A DNA stretch of 64,000 nt from Candidatus Eiseniibacteriota bacterium (lineage in GTDB: Bacteria > Eisenbacteria > RBG-16-71-46): positions 192,001 to 256,000 of the forward strand of contig JBGAML010000003.1 of the NCBI GenBank assembly GCA_044223005.1, in the 5' to 3' direction. The notes under the pieces are model-generated. The model made no database searches. It was not told the origin of the DNA and saw only the letters and a list, made by a program, of their open reading frames with translations. This document shows positions 42,988-53,163 of the stretch, piece after piece. Positions within the stretch are counted from its first letter, which is position 1, and each line of letters starts with the position of its first letter. Both the position numbers and the translations under genes were made by a program.

Positions 42988-43581
42988 TCAACGGCCTCCG
43001 AAGAGCCCGCCCAGTTCCTGGGCGAGGTTGCCGAGCGGGTTGCCACTCGGCGCGTTGCCGAGCAGCTGCCCCGCGAGCCCGGCCAGGCCGGGCTGCGACT
43101 GCGCCACCGACTGCGCGACCTGCTGGTGCTCGCCCTGCAGGAGCGCGGCGAGACCGCCGGCGTTCAGGCCCTGCTGCTGCGAGTGCTGCGCGAGTGCGCT
43201 CATCACCACCGGCGCGAGCAGCGCCATCAACTGCTGCACCTGGCCCGCGCCGAGGCCGCTGGTGCCGGCGACGGCCGCGTGCGCGACCTCTTCGTGCGGC
43301 CCCAGCATCTGGCCGATCAGCCCGGGCAGGCCGGAGCTGTTGCCACCGCCGAGCCAGCCGGCGACGTCGCCGAGCAGGCCGGCGTCGTGCTGCTGCACGG
43401 CGGCGTGCAGCGCGTCGGCGCCGCCCGACTGGGACTGGTGCGCAAGGCCCGCGAGCAGCATCGGGAGCGCTGCGGCGATGGCGGACTGCGTCTGCTGCGG
43501 ATCGGCGCCGAGCCGGTGGCCGATGGCCTGCACGGTGTCGCCGCCGAGGGACTGCTGGACGAGATCGAGGATGCCGGGCAT
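42988..43581 (-). CDS. DUF937 domain protein
   Basis: ILDLVQQSLG, SAIAAALPMLL.GL, QHD, LLAPVVM; AGGAG RBS. Confidence 0.8.
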   Translation of the reverse strand: MPGILDLVQQSLGGDTVQAIGHRLGADPQQTQSAIAAALPMLLAGLAHQSQSGGADALHAAVQQHDAGLLGDVAGWLGGGNSSGLPGLIGQMLGPHEEVAHAAVAGTSGLGAGQVQQLMALLAPVVMSALAQHSQQQGLNAGGLAALLQGEHQQVAQSVAQSQPGLAGLAGQLLGNAPSGNPLGNLAQELGGLFGGR

Positions 43582-43677
43582 GTGCGGTCTCCTGCAGGAG
43601 GGGGTGAGCAGGGGGGGACGCAGAATGTAGTCGGGAGGGCACCGCGTGTCATGCCCGAACACGCGGCCGCCGGTGCT

Positions 43678-44223
43678 TCAGGCGTCGCGCGGCTCCGGGA
43701 CGAGTGCGACGTGGTGGTGCGTGAACGGGAACTGCCGGCACCGCCAGGCGCGCAGGAACTCCGCGCGCGGGAGCCGCTCGCGCCGCGCGTTGCCGAGCCG
43801 CACGTGGGTCGCATCCGCGCCGAGCAGGATCGCCCAGTGCGCCGACCACGGCCGGCCACCGAGCAGCCCGTCGTCGAGCAGCACGGGCACCGGGTGGCCC
43901 GCCGCGAGCACCGGCGCGAGCGCGTCGAGCGCGCGCTCGCCGTGGCGCCCGAAGGGCCCCGAGCCCAAGCGCCGCACCCCGAGCCCCGCGTCGCGCAGCG
44001 CGCGCGCGAGCCGCCACGCGGTGGTGCCCAGCCCGAACGGCATGTCGGGCGGGTGCGTGGCGGCCATCGCGTCGACCGCGGCGGCGTCGTCCCCGATCGT
44101 TCCGCTCGCGAACGGCCCGAGCCGGAAGTGCGCGAGCACGGTCGCCGCGGCGGCCTGCCCGCAGGCATTCCAGTGCCGCGCGGCGCGGTTCTCGACGACG
44201 CGAACGGAGGCAGGCCCGGTCAC
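43678..44223 (-). CDS. Peptidase C39-like protein
   Basis: NACGQAAAATVL (Cys), GT, AHWAILLG.D (His), LGN; GTGA overlap with mce. Confidence 0.65.
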   Translation of the reverse strand: MTGPASVRVVENRAARHWNACGQAAAATVLAHFRLGPFASGTIGDDAAAVDAMAATHPPDMPFGLGTTAWRLARALRDAGLGVRRLGSGPFGRHGERALDALAPVLAAGHPVPVLLDDGLLGGRPWSAHWAILLGADATHVRLGNARRERLPRAEFLRAWRCRQFPFTHHHVALVPEPRDA

Positions 44224-44645
44224 GCGTGCGGCTCGCGCGGCTCCTCGCACAGCTCGAGCAGCACGCCCCCGAAGCTCTTCGGGTGCAGGAACGCGACCGT
44301 GCTGCCGTGCGCGCCCGGGCGGCCGTGCTCGTCGATCAGCTTCGCGCCCGCGGCCTTCGCCGCCGCGAGCCGCTCCTCGAGGCCGGAGACCTCGAGCGAG
44401 ACGTGGTGCAGGCCGGGCCCGCGCGTGGCCAGGAACCTCGCGACCGTATGCGTGTCGGCCAGCGGCTGCAGCAGCTCGAACGTGACCGGGCCTACGCGCA
44501 CGAACACGACGCGCAGCGTGCCGGCGTCCAGCACTTCCTCGCCGCCGCGCGTCCCGCCGAGCGCGTCGACCAGCGTGGTCGCGAGGGCGTCGGCGTCGGG
44601 CGTCGCGATCGCGACGTGGCTCAGTCCCGTCACCGGCGCGCTCAC
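44220..44645 (-). CDS. mce: Methylmalonyl-CoA epimerase (VOC family)
   Basis: [44 protein letters not shown]. Confidence 0.93.
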   Translation of the reverse strand: MSAPVTGLSHVAIATPDADALATTLVDALGGTRGGEEVLDAGTLRVVFVRVGPVTFELLQPLADTHTVARFLATRGPGLHHVSLEVSGLEERLAAAKAAGAKLIDEHGRPGAHGSTVAFLHPKSFGGVLLELCEEPREPHA

Positions 44646-46267
44646 AGCTTCTCCCCGGGGCGGTGCACGCCGAACACGCCGCGCAGCGTGTCGCAGACCT
44701 CGCCCAGCGTCGCGCGCGCGACGAGCGCCTCGAGGATCGGTGGCACGAGATTGCCCGTGCCCCGCGCGGTCGCTGCGACGCGTTCGAGCGCGGCCGAGCA
44801 CGGCGCCGCGGCGCGCGAGGCGCGCCACTCGCGCAGGAGCTCGCGGCGGTTCTCCTCGACGGCCGGGTCGTGCGCGAACGGCGGCGGGGGCACGGGCTGG
44901 CCGTCGGCGAAGCGGTTGACCCCGACCACGGTGCGCGCGCCGGTCTCGACGTCGCGCTGCCACTGGTAGGCGGCGAGGTGGATCTGCTCCTGCACCCAGC
45001 CGGCGGCGATCGCGGGCAGCATGCCGCCCATGCGGTCCACGTGCGCGATCAGCGCCCGCGCGCGCGTTTCCAGCTCGGCGGTGAGCGATTCGACGAAGTA
45101 CGAGCCCGCGAGCGGGTCGACGGCGTCTGTGGCGCCGCTTTCGAACGCGATCACCTGCTGCGTGCGCAGCGCGAGCAGTGCCGATTCGCTGGACGGCAGG
45201 CCGAGCGCCTCGTCGTAGCTGTTCGTGTGCAGCGACTGCGTGCCGCCGAGCACGGCGGCAAGTCCCTGCACGGCGACGCGCACGACGTTGTTGAGCGGCT
45301 GCTGCGCCGTGAGCATCGAGCCCGCGGTCTGCGTGTGGAACCGCAGCTTGCGCGCCTCCGGATCAGTGATGCCGAAGCGCTCGCGCAGCAGCTCCGCCCA
45401 CAGCTTGCGCGCGGCGCGGAACTTGGCCACCTCCTCGAAGAGGTGGTTGTGGGCGTTGAAGAAGAACGAGATCCGCCGCGCGATGCGCACCGGGTCCAGC
45501 CCGCGCGCCTTCGCCGCCTCGAGGTAGGTGAGGCCGTCGGCCAGCGTGAACGCCAGCTCCTGCACGGCCGTCGCCCCGGCCTCGCGCATGTGGTAGCCGC
45601 TCACCGAGATGCTGTTCCACTGCGGGACGTGCTCGGCGGTGAACGCGAACACGTCGGTGATGAGCCGCAGCGAGGGTTCGGGCGGGTAGATGTACGTGCC
45701 GCGCGCGATGTACTCCTTGAGCACGTCGTTCTGCACCGTGCCGCCGAGCGCCGCGCGGCTCGTGCCGCGGGCATCGGCCACCGCGACGTAGAACGCGAGC
45801 AGGAGCGGCGCCGTCGCGTTGATCGTCATGGAGGTCGTCACGCGGTCGAGCGGCAGGTCGGCGAGCAGTTCCTCCATGTCGGCGAGGCACGAGATCGCGA
45901 CGCCGACCTTGCCCACCTCGCCGCGCGCGAGCGCGTGGTCGCTGTCGTAGCCCATCTGCGTGGGCAGGTCGAACGCGACCGAGAGCCCGGTCTGGCCCTG
46001 CGCGAGCAGGAACCGGAAGCGCTCGTTGGTCTGGCGCGCGCTGCCGAAGCCGGCGTACTGGCGCATCGTCCAGAGCCGCGAGCGATACATGCCCGGGTGG
46101 ATGCCGCGCGTGTAGGGCGGCTCGCCCGGCGCGGGGGTGCGGCGCGCGAGGTCGCGCGGCAGGTCCGCGGGGCCGTACACCGTGCGCACGTCGATCTCGC
46201 TCGGGGTCGAGCGCGGCGGCGCCTCCGGCGCGGCGGGCTTCGCGGCGGCGCGGCGGCGCGCGCTCAC
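44642..46267 (-). CDS. Methylmalonyl-CoA mutase large (substrate-binding) subunit
   Basis: [10 protein letters not shown] (Tyr), [18 protein letters not shown] (Arg), [11 protein letters not shown]; no B12 domain. Confidence 0.92.
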   Translation of the reverse strand: MSARRRAAAKPAAPEAPPRSTPSEIDVRTVYGPADLPRDLARRTPAPGEPPYTRGIHPGMYRSRLWTMRQYAGFGSARQTNERFRFLLAQGQTGLSVAFDLPTQMGYDSDHALARGEVGKVGVAISCLADMEELLADLPLDRVTTSMTINATAPLLLAFYVAVADARGTSRAALGGTVQNDVLKEYIARGTYIYPPEPSLRLITDVFAFTAEHVPQWNSISVSGYHMREAGATAVQELAFTLADGLTYLEAAKARGLDPVRIARRISFFFNAHNHLFEEVAKFRAARKLWAELLRERFGITDPEARKLRFHTQTAGSMLTAQQPLNNVVRVAVQGLAAVLGGTQSLHTNSYDEALGLPSSESALLALRTQQVIAFESGATDAVDPLAGSYFVESLTAELETRARALIAHVDRMGGMLPAIAAGWVQEQIHLAAYQWQRDVETGARTVVGVNRFADGQPVPPPPFAHDPAVEENRRELLREWRASRAAAPCSAALERVAATARGTGNLVPPILEALVARATLGEVCDTLRGVFGVHRPGEKL

Positions 46268-46788
46268 GACGTGGCCTCCGGCTTGAGCTTGACCAGCGCG
46301 GCGCCCGAGGCGACGGCCTGCCCGATCGCGACCAGGATCTCCTCGACCACGCCGCCCGTCTGCGCGGCGAGCTCGTTCTGCATCTTCATCGCCTCGAGCA
46401 CCACCACGGGCTGGCCCGGCTTCACGACGTCGCCCGGCTTCACGCGGATCGCCACGACGGCGCCGGGCATGGGCGCCGCCACGGTCTCGCCGCGGCCGCG
46501 CGCGCGGTCGCCCGCCTGCTGCGCGAGCAGTTTCTCGAGCGGGCTGCGTACCTCGACCGGGATCGTGAGCCCGTTCGCGGTCACGTCGAGACTACCGCCG
46601 TGCGGCGAGTGTGACACGTGCACCTCGTGCGAGCGGCCGTCGAGGATCAGCGAATAGACCTCGCCGTCGGGCAGGCGGACGAAGCTCGCCTCCAGCTGGC
46701 GGCCTTCGACTTCTGCGAAGATCTTGCCATCGCGCGCCTCGAACTCGACCTCGGCGTCGCGGCCTTCCATCGAGACCCAGAACTTCAT
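46264..46788 (-). CDS. Biotin carboxyl carrier protein
   Basis: [15 protein letters not shown] biotinylation motif. Confidence 0.93.
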   Translation of the reverse strand: MKFWVSMEGRDAEVEFEARDGKIFAEVEGRQLEASFVRLPDGEVYSLILDGRSHEVHVSHSPHGGSLDVTANGLTIPVEVRSPLEKLLAQQAGDRARGRGETVAAPMPGAVVAIRVKPGDVVKPGQPVVVLEAMKMQNELAAQTGGVVEEILVAIGQAVASGAALVKLKPEATS

Positions 46789-48290
46789 GATTCGCTCCGC
46801 CCGCGGCCGGCCCACTTCCACGGCGAACCGCCCCGGGCGTCCTCCTGGCGCGTGATGGTGGTGCGCAGCCGCTCCTCGCGCTGGTGCAGCGCGGCGGCGA
46901 GCAGCGCGGACTGCTTGGCGTCCTCGTCCGGCAGCAGCACCGCCGGCGTGAAGTGTTCGTCGAGGAAGCGCGTGCTCAGGCGGCCGGCCGCGAACTCCGG
47001 GTGCGCCATGAGCCAGCGGTGGAACGCGATGTTGTGCTTGGGGCCTTCGAGCACGAACTCGTCGAGAGAGCGCATCATACGGCGGCGCGCCTGGTCGCGG
47101 TCCCGGCCCCACGTGATGAGCTTCGTGAGCAGCGAGTCGTAGAAGAGCGGGATCTCGTAGCCGCGGTAGAAGCCGCCATCGACACGCACGCCGGGGCCGT
47201 GCGGGAACCGCACGCGCTCGATCCGGCCCACGCTCGGCAGGAAGCCGCGCGCCGGGTCCTCGGCGATGATGCGTGTCTCCATGCTCCAGCCGTTGATCGC
47301 CGGCGTCTCGTCGCCGAACGACAGCTCCTCGCCCTCGGCGACGCGGATCTGCTCCTCCACCAGGTCGAGCCCGGTCACCATCTCGGTCACCGGGTGCTCG
47401 ACTTGAAGTCGCGTGTTGACCTCGAGGAAGTAGAAGCGGTTCTGCTCGTCGAGGATGAACTCGACCGTCCCGGCCGAGAGGTAGCCGACTTCCTTCGCGA
47501 CGCGGATCGCCGCCTCGCCGAACGCCTTCCGCGTCGTCTCGTCGAACGCGGGCGACGGCGTCTCCTCGACCAGCTTCTGGTGGCGGCGCTGGATCGAGCA
47601 CTCGCGCTCGCCGAGGAACGCCACGCGCCCGGTCGAATCCGCGAGGATCTGCGCCTCGATGTGGCGCGGCTTCTCGATCGCGCGCTCGATGAACACGCGG
47701 TCGTCGGCGAACGCCGCGCGCGCCTCGCCGCGCGTCACGTCCCACGCCGCGGTGAGTTCCGCGTCGCTGCGCACGATGCGCATGCCCTTGCCGCCGCCAC
47801 CGGCCGCGGCCTTGAGCATGAGCGGCCAGCCGATCTGCTTCGCGACCGTGCGCGCCTCGCCGAGCGTGAACACCGGTCCGGGCGAGCCCGGGATCACCGG
47901 CACGCCGGCGCGCACCGCGGCCTCGCGCGCGGCGAGCTTGTCGCCGAGCCCGGCGATCGTGCGCGAGCGCGGGCCGATGAACGCGATGCCCGCCTTCTCG
48001 CAGGCCTCCGCGAACGTGGCGTTCTCGGCGAAGAAGCCGTAGCCGGGATGGATCGCGTCGGCCTTCACGCGCTTCGCCGTCTCGAGCACGCGCTCGAAGT
48101 GCAGGTAGCTGTCGCGCGACGGGCCGGGACCGATCGGGTAGGCCTCGTCGGCCATGATCACGTGGAACGCGACGCGGTCGGGTTCGCTGAACACCGCGAT
48201 CGACGTGCGCCCCATCTCGCGCAGCGTCCGGATGACGCGGACCGCGATCTCGCCGCGATTGGCGATGAGCACGCGCTGCAGCCGCTTCAT
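46785..48290 (-). CDS. accC: Biotin carboxylase subunit (propionyl/acetyl-CoA carboxylase)
   Basis: LIANRGEIA, IHPGYGF, GGGGKGMR, ERECSIQRRHQK, FLEVNTRLQVEHPVTE. Confidence 0.93.
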   Translation of the reverse strand: MKRLQRVLIANRGEIAVRVIRTLREMGRTSIAVFSEPDRVAFHVIMADEAYPIGPGPSRDSYLHFERVLETAKRVKADAIHPGYGFFAENATFAEACEKAGIAFIGPRSRTIAGLGDKLAAREAAVRAGVPVIPGSPGPVFTLGEARTVAKQIGWPLMLKAAAGGGGKGMRIVRSDAELTAAWDVTRGEARAAFADDRVFIERAIEKPRHIEAQILADSTGRVAFLGERECSIQRRHQKLVEETPSPAFDETTRKAFGEAAIRVAKEVGYLSAGTVEFILDEQNRFYFLEVNTRLQVEHPVTEMVTGLDLVEEQIRVAEGEELSFGDETPAINGWSMETRIIAEDPARGFLPSVGRIERVRFPHGPGVRVDGGFYRGYEIPLFYDSLLTKLITWGRDRDQARRRMMRSLDEFVLEGPKHNIAFHRWLMAHPEFAAGRLSTRFLDEHFTPAVLLPDEDAKQSALLAAALHQREERLRTTITRQEDARGGSPWKWAGRGRSES

Positions 48291-48671
48291 TCAGTCCTCC
48301 AGCACGACGCACGCGACCGCGAGGCCGCCGTCGTGCGACAGCGAGAGATGCGAACGTTTCGCGCCGATCGCCCCGAAGCGCTCGAGCGCCGCGCCCGTCA
48401 GGCGCAGCTCGGGAACGCGGCCGCCGGGCTGCAGCACTTCGATCTGCGTCCAGCCGACGCCGCCGGCCATGCCGGTCCCGAGCGCCTTGGACGCGGCTTC
48501 CTTCGCGGCGAAGCGGGCCGCCAGGTGCGGCATGGGGTCCTTGTGCCCGCGGCAGTAGGCGAGCTCGCCCGGCGTGAAAAGGCGCTTCTCCATGCGTTCC
48601 CCGAAGCGCTGCAGCGACTCGGCGATCCGCTCCACCCGGCACACGTCCACGCCGATGCCGCGCACGCTCAT
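48291..48671 (-). CDS. acpS: Holo-[acyl-carrier-protein] synthase
   Basis: GIGVD, FTPGE, AARFAAKEA.SKALGTG, LSLSHD. Confidence 0.95.
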   Translation of the reverse strand: MSVRGIGVDVCRVERIAESLQRFGERMEKRLFTPGELAYCRGHKDPMPHLAARFAAKEAASKALGTGMAGGVGWTQIEVLQPGGRVPELRLTGAALERFGAIGAKRSHLSLSHDGGLAVACVVLED

Positions 48672-48836
48672 GCGACCTCCGCCGATCGGGAACCCGCCCG
48701 CGCGCCCACGGCGCGGGATGCCCCGGGACTCTACGCGTGCGGCAGGCGCCGGGCAACGCGCGCGGGTGTGCTACCGTCGCTCCTCCATGATGCGAATCGT
48801 CCCCGTTCCGGCCGCTCCTGACGGCCTCGTCCGCCC

Positions 48837-50723
48837 GTGGCGGTGAAGCGTCCCGTCCGCCGCGAGCCCGACCGCCCGGCCGCGCGTGCCGCGAAACCGG
48901 CCGCCGCTCCACCGCTGCCGCCGGCCCCGCCGCTGCTGCGTGATCCGTGGGCGTGGCTGGCGCCGCTCGGCGTGCTGCCGCTGCTCGCCCGCTGCATCGG
49001 CGCGCCGCTCGGCGAGCCGGTCGCAGAGGACTTCGACTTCCTGCATCGCGCGCTGATCCTGGGCACGGGCACGCTTCTGGACGGCGGCGGCTCGCAGGCG
49101 TTCTGGCGGCCGATCCCGCACCAGTCCTACTACTGGCTCTTCGGCCGCGCGATCGTCGAGCATCCGGGCGCGGTGGCCGCGTTCCACGTGTTCGCGCTCG
49201 CGCTGGGCGCGCTGCTCTTCTATCGCGTCGCGCGCGAGGCGCTGCCCGGTCCCGCCGCGGCGGTCGCAGCATCGTTTCCGCTGCTCGCCGAGTCGACGCG
49301 CACGCTGGTCGGCTGGCCGACGCAGTTCGTCGACGTCGGGCTCTACCTCTTCTCGGCGCTCGCGCTGCACGAGGCATCGCGCCGCCGGCTGCCGACGGCG
49401 CTCGTCGCGCTGCTCGCGGCGCTGCTCAACAAGGAACTCGCGGTGATCACCGCCCTCCTGATGCCGCTGGTGCCCGGGCCGCTCGCGCGCCGCGATCGCA
49501 TCCGGCTTGCGGCGGGCGCCGGCGCCGTCGCCGCGGTGTGGGCGGTCGCGTACCTGTCGGTGCGCCACGCCGCGCACCTCGAGCTGCCGCACGGACTCGA
49601 GCGCGACCCGAGCGAACTCGCGGTCCCGCTCGGCGCGCGGCTCGCGTGGGCGTTCGGCGGCAGCGTGCGCGCGATCCTCAGCCTGACGCTCATGCCCGGG
49701 CGGCACGACGCGCTCGCGTTCGGGCTCGTGGGCCTGTTGCTCGTCGCGGCGGGCGGGCTGTTCGCGACCTCGGCCGCCGCGCGCGCGCGGCTGGCGGCGC
49801 TGCGCGCGCCGGTCGCGTGGGGACTCGCGTGGTTCGTGCTCTACACGGCCTCGCTCGCCACGATCTACCCGCTCTGGCAGCCCAACCGCAGCCAGATCGG
49901 CAGCGCGGGTCTGGGTGTGGCCACCGCCGCCGTGCTCGGAGCGGCGCATCCGCTGCTGCCGGCGGCATTCGTCGCCACGCGGATCGGGCTGCTCGCGCTG
50001 GCGCCAGCGCCGGCGACCAACATCTCGAACTCGCCGCCGGAGACGGGCGCGTTCATGGACTTCGAGCGGCTCACGCGCCTGCAGCGCTTCATGCGCGAGA
50101 TGCGTGCGCTGCTCGAGGCGCATCACCCGACGCTGCCGCATGGGAGCGCGATCGTGCGGGGCAGCATGCCGCACGGCCTCGTCTACGCGTTCGGTGGCGA
50201 CCGGGCGGTGCAGGTCTGGTACCGCGATTCGACGCTGCGCCTGATCTCGTCGGCCACGTTCCGCGAGCATCCCGAGATCGCGGCCGCGGCGAGCGTGCAG
50301 TTCCAGCCCGGCCACGCACACGACCTCGTGCTGCTGCCGATCGCGGCCTCGCGCGCGCAGGAGGACGCCTACCTCGCGCTGGTCGCCAAGCGCTTCGACG
50401 AGGCGATCCGGCTCTACGCGCGAGCCGAGTCGCTCGAGACGGATTCGCTCGCGTACGTGTTCCACGCCGAGAACCTGGGCGGCCACGCGTTCGCGCTCGA
50501 GATGCTGGAGCGGCCGGACGAAGCCGTGCCGATCGCGCGTCGCGCGCTCGCGCTCTACCCCAAGGACGTCAACGCGCGGCTCGTGCTGGCGAGCGACGCG
50601 CTCGTGCACGGCCGCTTCGACGAGGGCGAGCGCTGGATCGACGCCCTGCTCGCGGACGATCCCAACCTGCGTTCGGCGCTCCAGCTCCAGTCGCTGTTGC
50701 GCCAGGCCCGCGGCGGGCGCTGA
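48837..50723 (+). CDS. Multi-TM GT-C-like membrane protein with C-terminal TPR repeats
   Basis: ED motif after TM1, FWRP, FH, NKELA, ~10 TMs, TPR-like C-terminus; start uncertain. Confidence 0.6.
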   Translation: MAVKRPVRREPDRPAARAAKPAAAPPLPPAPPLLRDPWAWLAPLGVLPLLARCIGAPLGEPVAEDFDFLHRALILGTGTLLDGGGSQAFWRPIPHQSYYWLFGRAIVEHPGAVAAFHVFALALGALLFYRVAREALPGPAAAVAASFPLLAESTRTLVGWPTQFVDVGLYLFSALALHEASRRRLPTALVALLAALLNKELAVITALLMPLVPGPLARRDRIRLAAGAGAVAAVWAVAYLSVRHAAHLELPHGLERDPSELAVPLGARLAWAFGGSVRAILSLTLMPGRHDALAFGLVGLLLVAAGGLFATSAAARARLAALRAPVAWGLAWFVLYTASLATIYPLWQPNRSQIGSAGLGVATAAVLGAAHPLLPAAFVATRIGLLALAPAPATNISNSPPETGAFMDFERLTRLQRFMREMRALLEAHHPTLPHGSAIVRGSMPHGLVYAFGGDRAVQVWYRDSTLRLISSATFREHPEIAAAASVQFQPGHAHDLVLLPIAASRAQEDAYLALVAKRFDEAIRLYARAESLETDSLAYVFHAENLGGHAFALEMLERPDEAVPIARRALALYPKDVNARLVLASDALVHGRFDEGERWIDALLADDPNLRSALQLQSLLRQARGGR

Positions 50724-50725
50724 AC

Positions 50726-52297
50726 TCAGGCGCCGCGCAGGCGGTCGTGCAGCCGCGCGACACTCCGCAGCGCGAGCGCGAGGCCGGTGAGCGTCGGGTT
50801 CAGCGCTCCGCCGGGATTGACGAACGTCGAGAGCCCGAGCACCCAGAGCCCCGGCGTGCCGTGCACCTCGCCCCACGCGTTCACGACGCCGTCGGCCGGG
50901 GACTCGCTCATGCGGCACGTGCCGGCGTAGTGGTTGAAGATGCCGAACGCCAGGATCGGCGGGTACTCCCAGTCCGTCCCGCCGCTGCCGTGCGCGAAGC
51001 GCTCGAACAGGTCGCGCCCGAAGTCGTAGGTGTGGCGGTCGAAGTCGGAGAGGTCGTAGTGCACCTCGATCCGCGGATCGCCGAAGCGGTCGCGCGTCTT
51101 CGCGAGCTGCACGTACTTGCCGTCGTCACCGATCGCTTCGGCGTGGATCGCGATGCGGCGGCAGCGCCGCGAGAGCTCCGCGATCGCGAGTGCGCGCTCG
51201 ACGGTGTCGGCTCCCGCGGCGTCGTCGATGTGCTTCTGCATCGGGCTCGAGGGGAACTCGACCTTCACGCCGCCGATCCGCCCGCGGCCCTCGGGGTTGC
51301 AATACTGCTCGCTCTGGCCCGTCCACGGTCCGAGCCGGCCGGCCCACAGCTTCTCGCGGTAGTGCACGTGGCCGGCCCAGATGTGGTGGAACGTGAGGTT
51401 CCGCCCGACCTGGCCGCTGGCGTTGCCGAGCCCGTTCGGGTGGCGCGCGTCGGTCGATAGCAGCAGCAGTCGCGCCGATTCGAACGCGCCGGCGGCGATC
51501 ACCACCTGGTCGGCCGCGAACTCCTCGTCGCGCGCGGCGTCGTGAGCGCGCACGAGCAGCGCGCGGGCGCGGCCGCTCGCGTCCGTCACGATGCGGCGGA
51601 CCGACACGTTCGCGCGCACCGTCACGCGCCCGGTCGCGACGGCCTGCTGCAGGTGAAAGGTGGGCGAGTAGCGCGCACCGACGGGGCAGACGGAGCACGA
51701 GTTGTAGTTCTGGCAGCCGGGCCGCCCGCCGTAGTCGTGGCGCAGCCGCGCCTGCGGCGTGGTGTGCACGTGCAGCCCGACCTTCGCGAGCCGCTCGGCG
51801 AGCATCCGGTCGTCCCACGTCAGCTCGAACGGCGGCAGCGGGTACGGCCGGCTCCGCGGCGGCGCCCACGGGTTGTCGTCGTCGGTGCCCGAGACGCCCA
51901 TGCGTTCCTCGGCCGCGCAGTACCACGGTTCGACGTCGGCGTACGTGAGCGGCCAGTCGTCCGCGTAGCCCAGCGCGGAGCGCGTCTTGAAGTCGACTTC
52001 GCGCATGCGCATCGTGAGCCCCGTCCACTTGGTGGCGGCGCCGCCGACACGCGCGACGACCTCGTCGGTGAGGTCGGTGCGGTAGTCGCCCGTCATGTCG
52101 ATGCGCTTCAAGTCCTCGCCGATCGCCCAGCGCGGATCGTCGACGTTGTAGCGCACGCGCTCGAGGAACGGCTCGGTGTGCGGGTACGGGTAGTCGGGCC
52201 CCTTCTCGAACACCGTGACGTCGTGCCCCAGCGTCGCGAGGTCGAGTGCGAGGTTGGCGCCCACGGCGCCCGAGCCCACGATCGCGACGCGGCTCAC
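50726..52297 (-). CDS. GMC family flavoprotein oxidoreductase
   Basis: IVGSGAVG, EKG, VGGA, WPLTY.DVEPWY, C..C..CP, SARLLLLS, N.SGQVGRN, HYAGTCRM, NPTLT. Confidence 0.92.
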   Translation of the reverse strand: MSRVAIVGSGAVGANLALDLATLGHDVTVFEKGPDYPYPHTEPFLERVRYNVDDPRWAIGEDLKRIDMTGDYRTDLTDEVVARVGGAATKWTGLTMRMREVDFKTRSALGYADDWPLTYADVEPWYCAAEERMGVSGTDDDNPWAPPRSRPYPLPPFELTWDDRMLAERLAKVGLHVHTTPQARLRHDYGGRPGCQNYNSCSVCPVGARYSPTFHLQQAVATGRVTVRANVSVRRIVTDASGRARALLVRAHDAARDEEFAADQVVIAAGAFESARLLLLSTDARHPNGLGNASGQVGRNLTFHHIWAGHVHYREKLWAGRLGPWTGQSEQYCNPEGRGRIGGVKVEFPSSPMQKHIDDAAGADTVERALAIAELSRRCRRIAIHAEAIGDDGKYVQLAKTRDRFGDPRIEVHYDLSDFDRHTYDFGRDLFERFAHGSGGTDWEYPPILAFGIFNHYAGTCRMSESPADGVVNAWGEVHGTPGLWVLGLSTFVNPGGALNPTLTGLALALRSVARLHDRLRGA

Positions 52298-52884
52298 GCG
52301 GCCCCCGCCGGCGGCGCGTCGAGGCCCGCGAGCCCGGACGGCTCGCCCGGAACGCGGTCGTAGCCGAGGCGCCGCCAGACGTCCGTGCGCAGGAAGAGCT
52401 TGCGGATCTCGTGCTCGACCTGCTGCGACCAGCGCAGCGCGTCGCGTTCCGCGACGCCCGCCACGACGCGCCGCCAGCCGCGACGCGGCGCGAGCGCGCG
52501 GAGCACGCGCCGGCGCACCGCGACGTCGGCGCTCGCGAAGTCGCGCGCGCCGGCGCGGCGCGCGGCGCCGTTCGCCCAGCGGGCGAAGCCGTCGTAGAGC
52601 GCGCGCAGCCCGGGCACGTTCTCGGCGCGCCACGCGAAGAAGTCGGCGTACGTCGCGTCCGTGATCGGATCGCCGAGCAGCGTGCGCGCGGTGGCGACGA
52701 GCACCGCGCGCGTGCCCTCGGCGAGCGGGCCCCGCGGCGCGGGTGCGATCGCGGGCTTCGCGAGCCAGAGCAGGAGCTGCCGGCGCTTCCAGCCCACGGC
52801 GCCGGCGGCGAGGCCGAGGCCGGCGAGCGCGACGACGGCGAGGAAACGGCGGCGGCTGGTCGGGCGTGCGGGGGATGCGGTCAT
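52294..52884 (-). CDS. Tat-exported partner subunit (gluconate 2-dehydrogenase subunit 3-like)
   Basis: SRRRFL twin-arginine signal; FASAD...R..L; W..LGY..PG; GTGA overlap with GMC gene. Confidence 0.7.
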   Translation of the reverse strand: MTASPARPTSRRRFLAVVALAGLGLAAGAVGWKRRQLLLWLAKPAIAPAPRGPLAEGTRAVLVATARTLLGDPITDATYADFFAWRAENVPGLRALYDGFARWANGAARRAGARDFASADVAVRRRVLRALAPRRGWRRVVAGVAERDALRWSQQVEHEIRKLFLRTDVWRRLGYDRVPGEPSGLAGLDAPPAGAA

Positions 52885-53110
52885 GAGCGGTCCCGGGACT
52901 CGACGACGATCGGTCGTGCAAACCGCCCGGGTGGGGCCGAACGGGGAAGTGGCGCGCGGGCACACTAGCAGGAGCGCGCGCGCGGCCGAAGCGCCGAAAG
53001 CCCGGCCCGGGAGCACGTTGCCCGCTCGCGCGTCGCCGCGTCGCCGGAACTGCGTGTACGCTCCGCTCGCCACGGGCGAGGGCCGCGTCCGGGCGACGTG
53101 CGCGCGCCGG

Positions 53111-53136
53111 GGAACCCGCGCGGGGCTTCGTTCGTC
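53111..53136 (+). promoter_or_regulatory. ECF sigma promoter (probably autoregulatory)
   Basis: GGAACC-N16-CGTC directly upstream of the ECF gene. Confidence 0.65.
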
Positions 53137-53163
53137 CATCCGTCGAATGCAGAGGAGGAGCGA

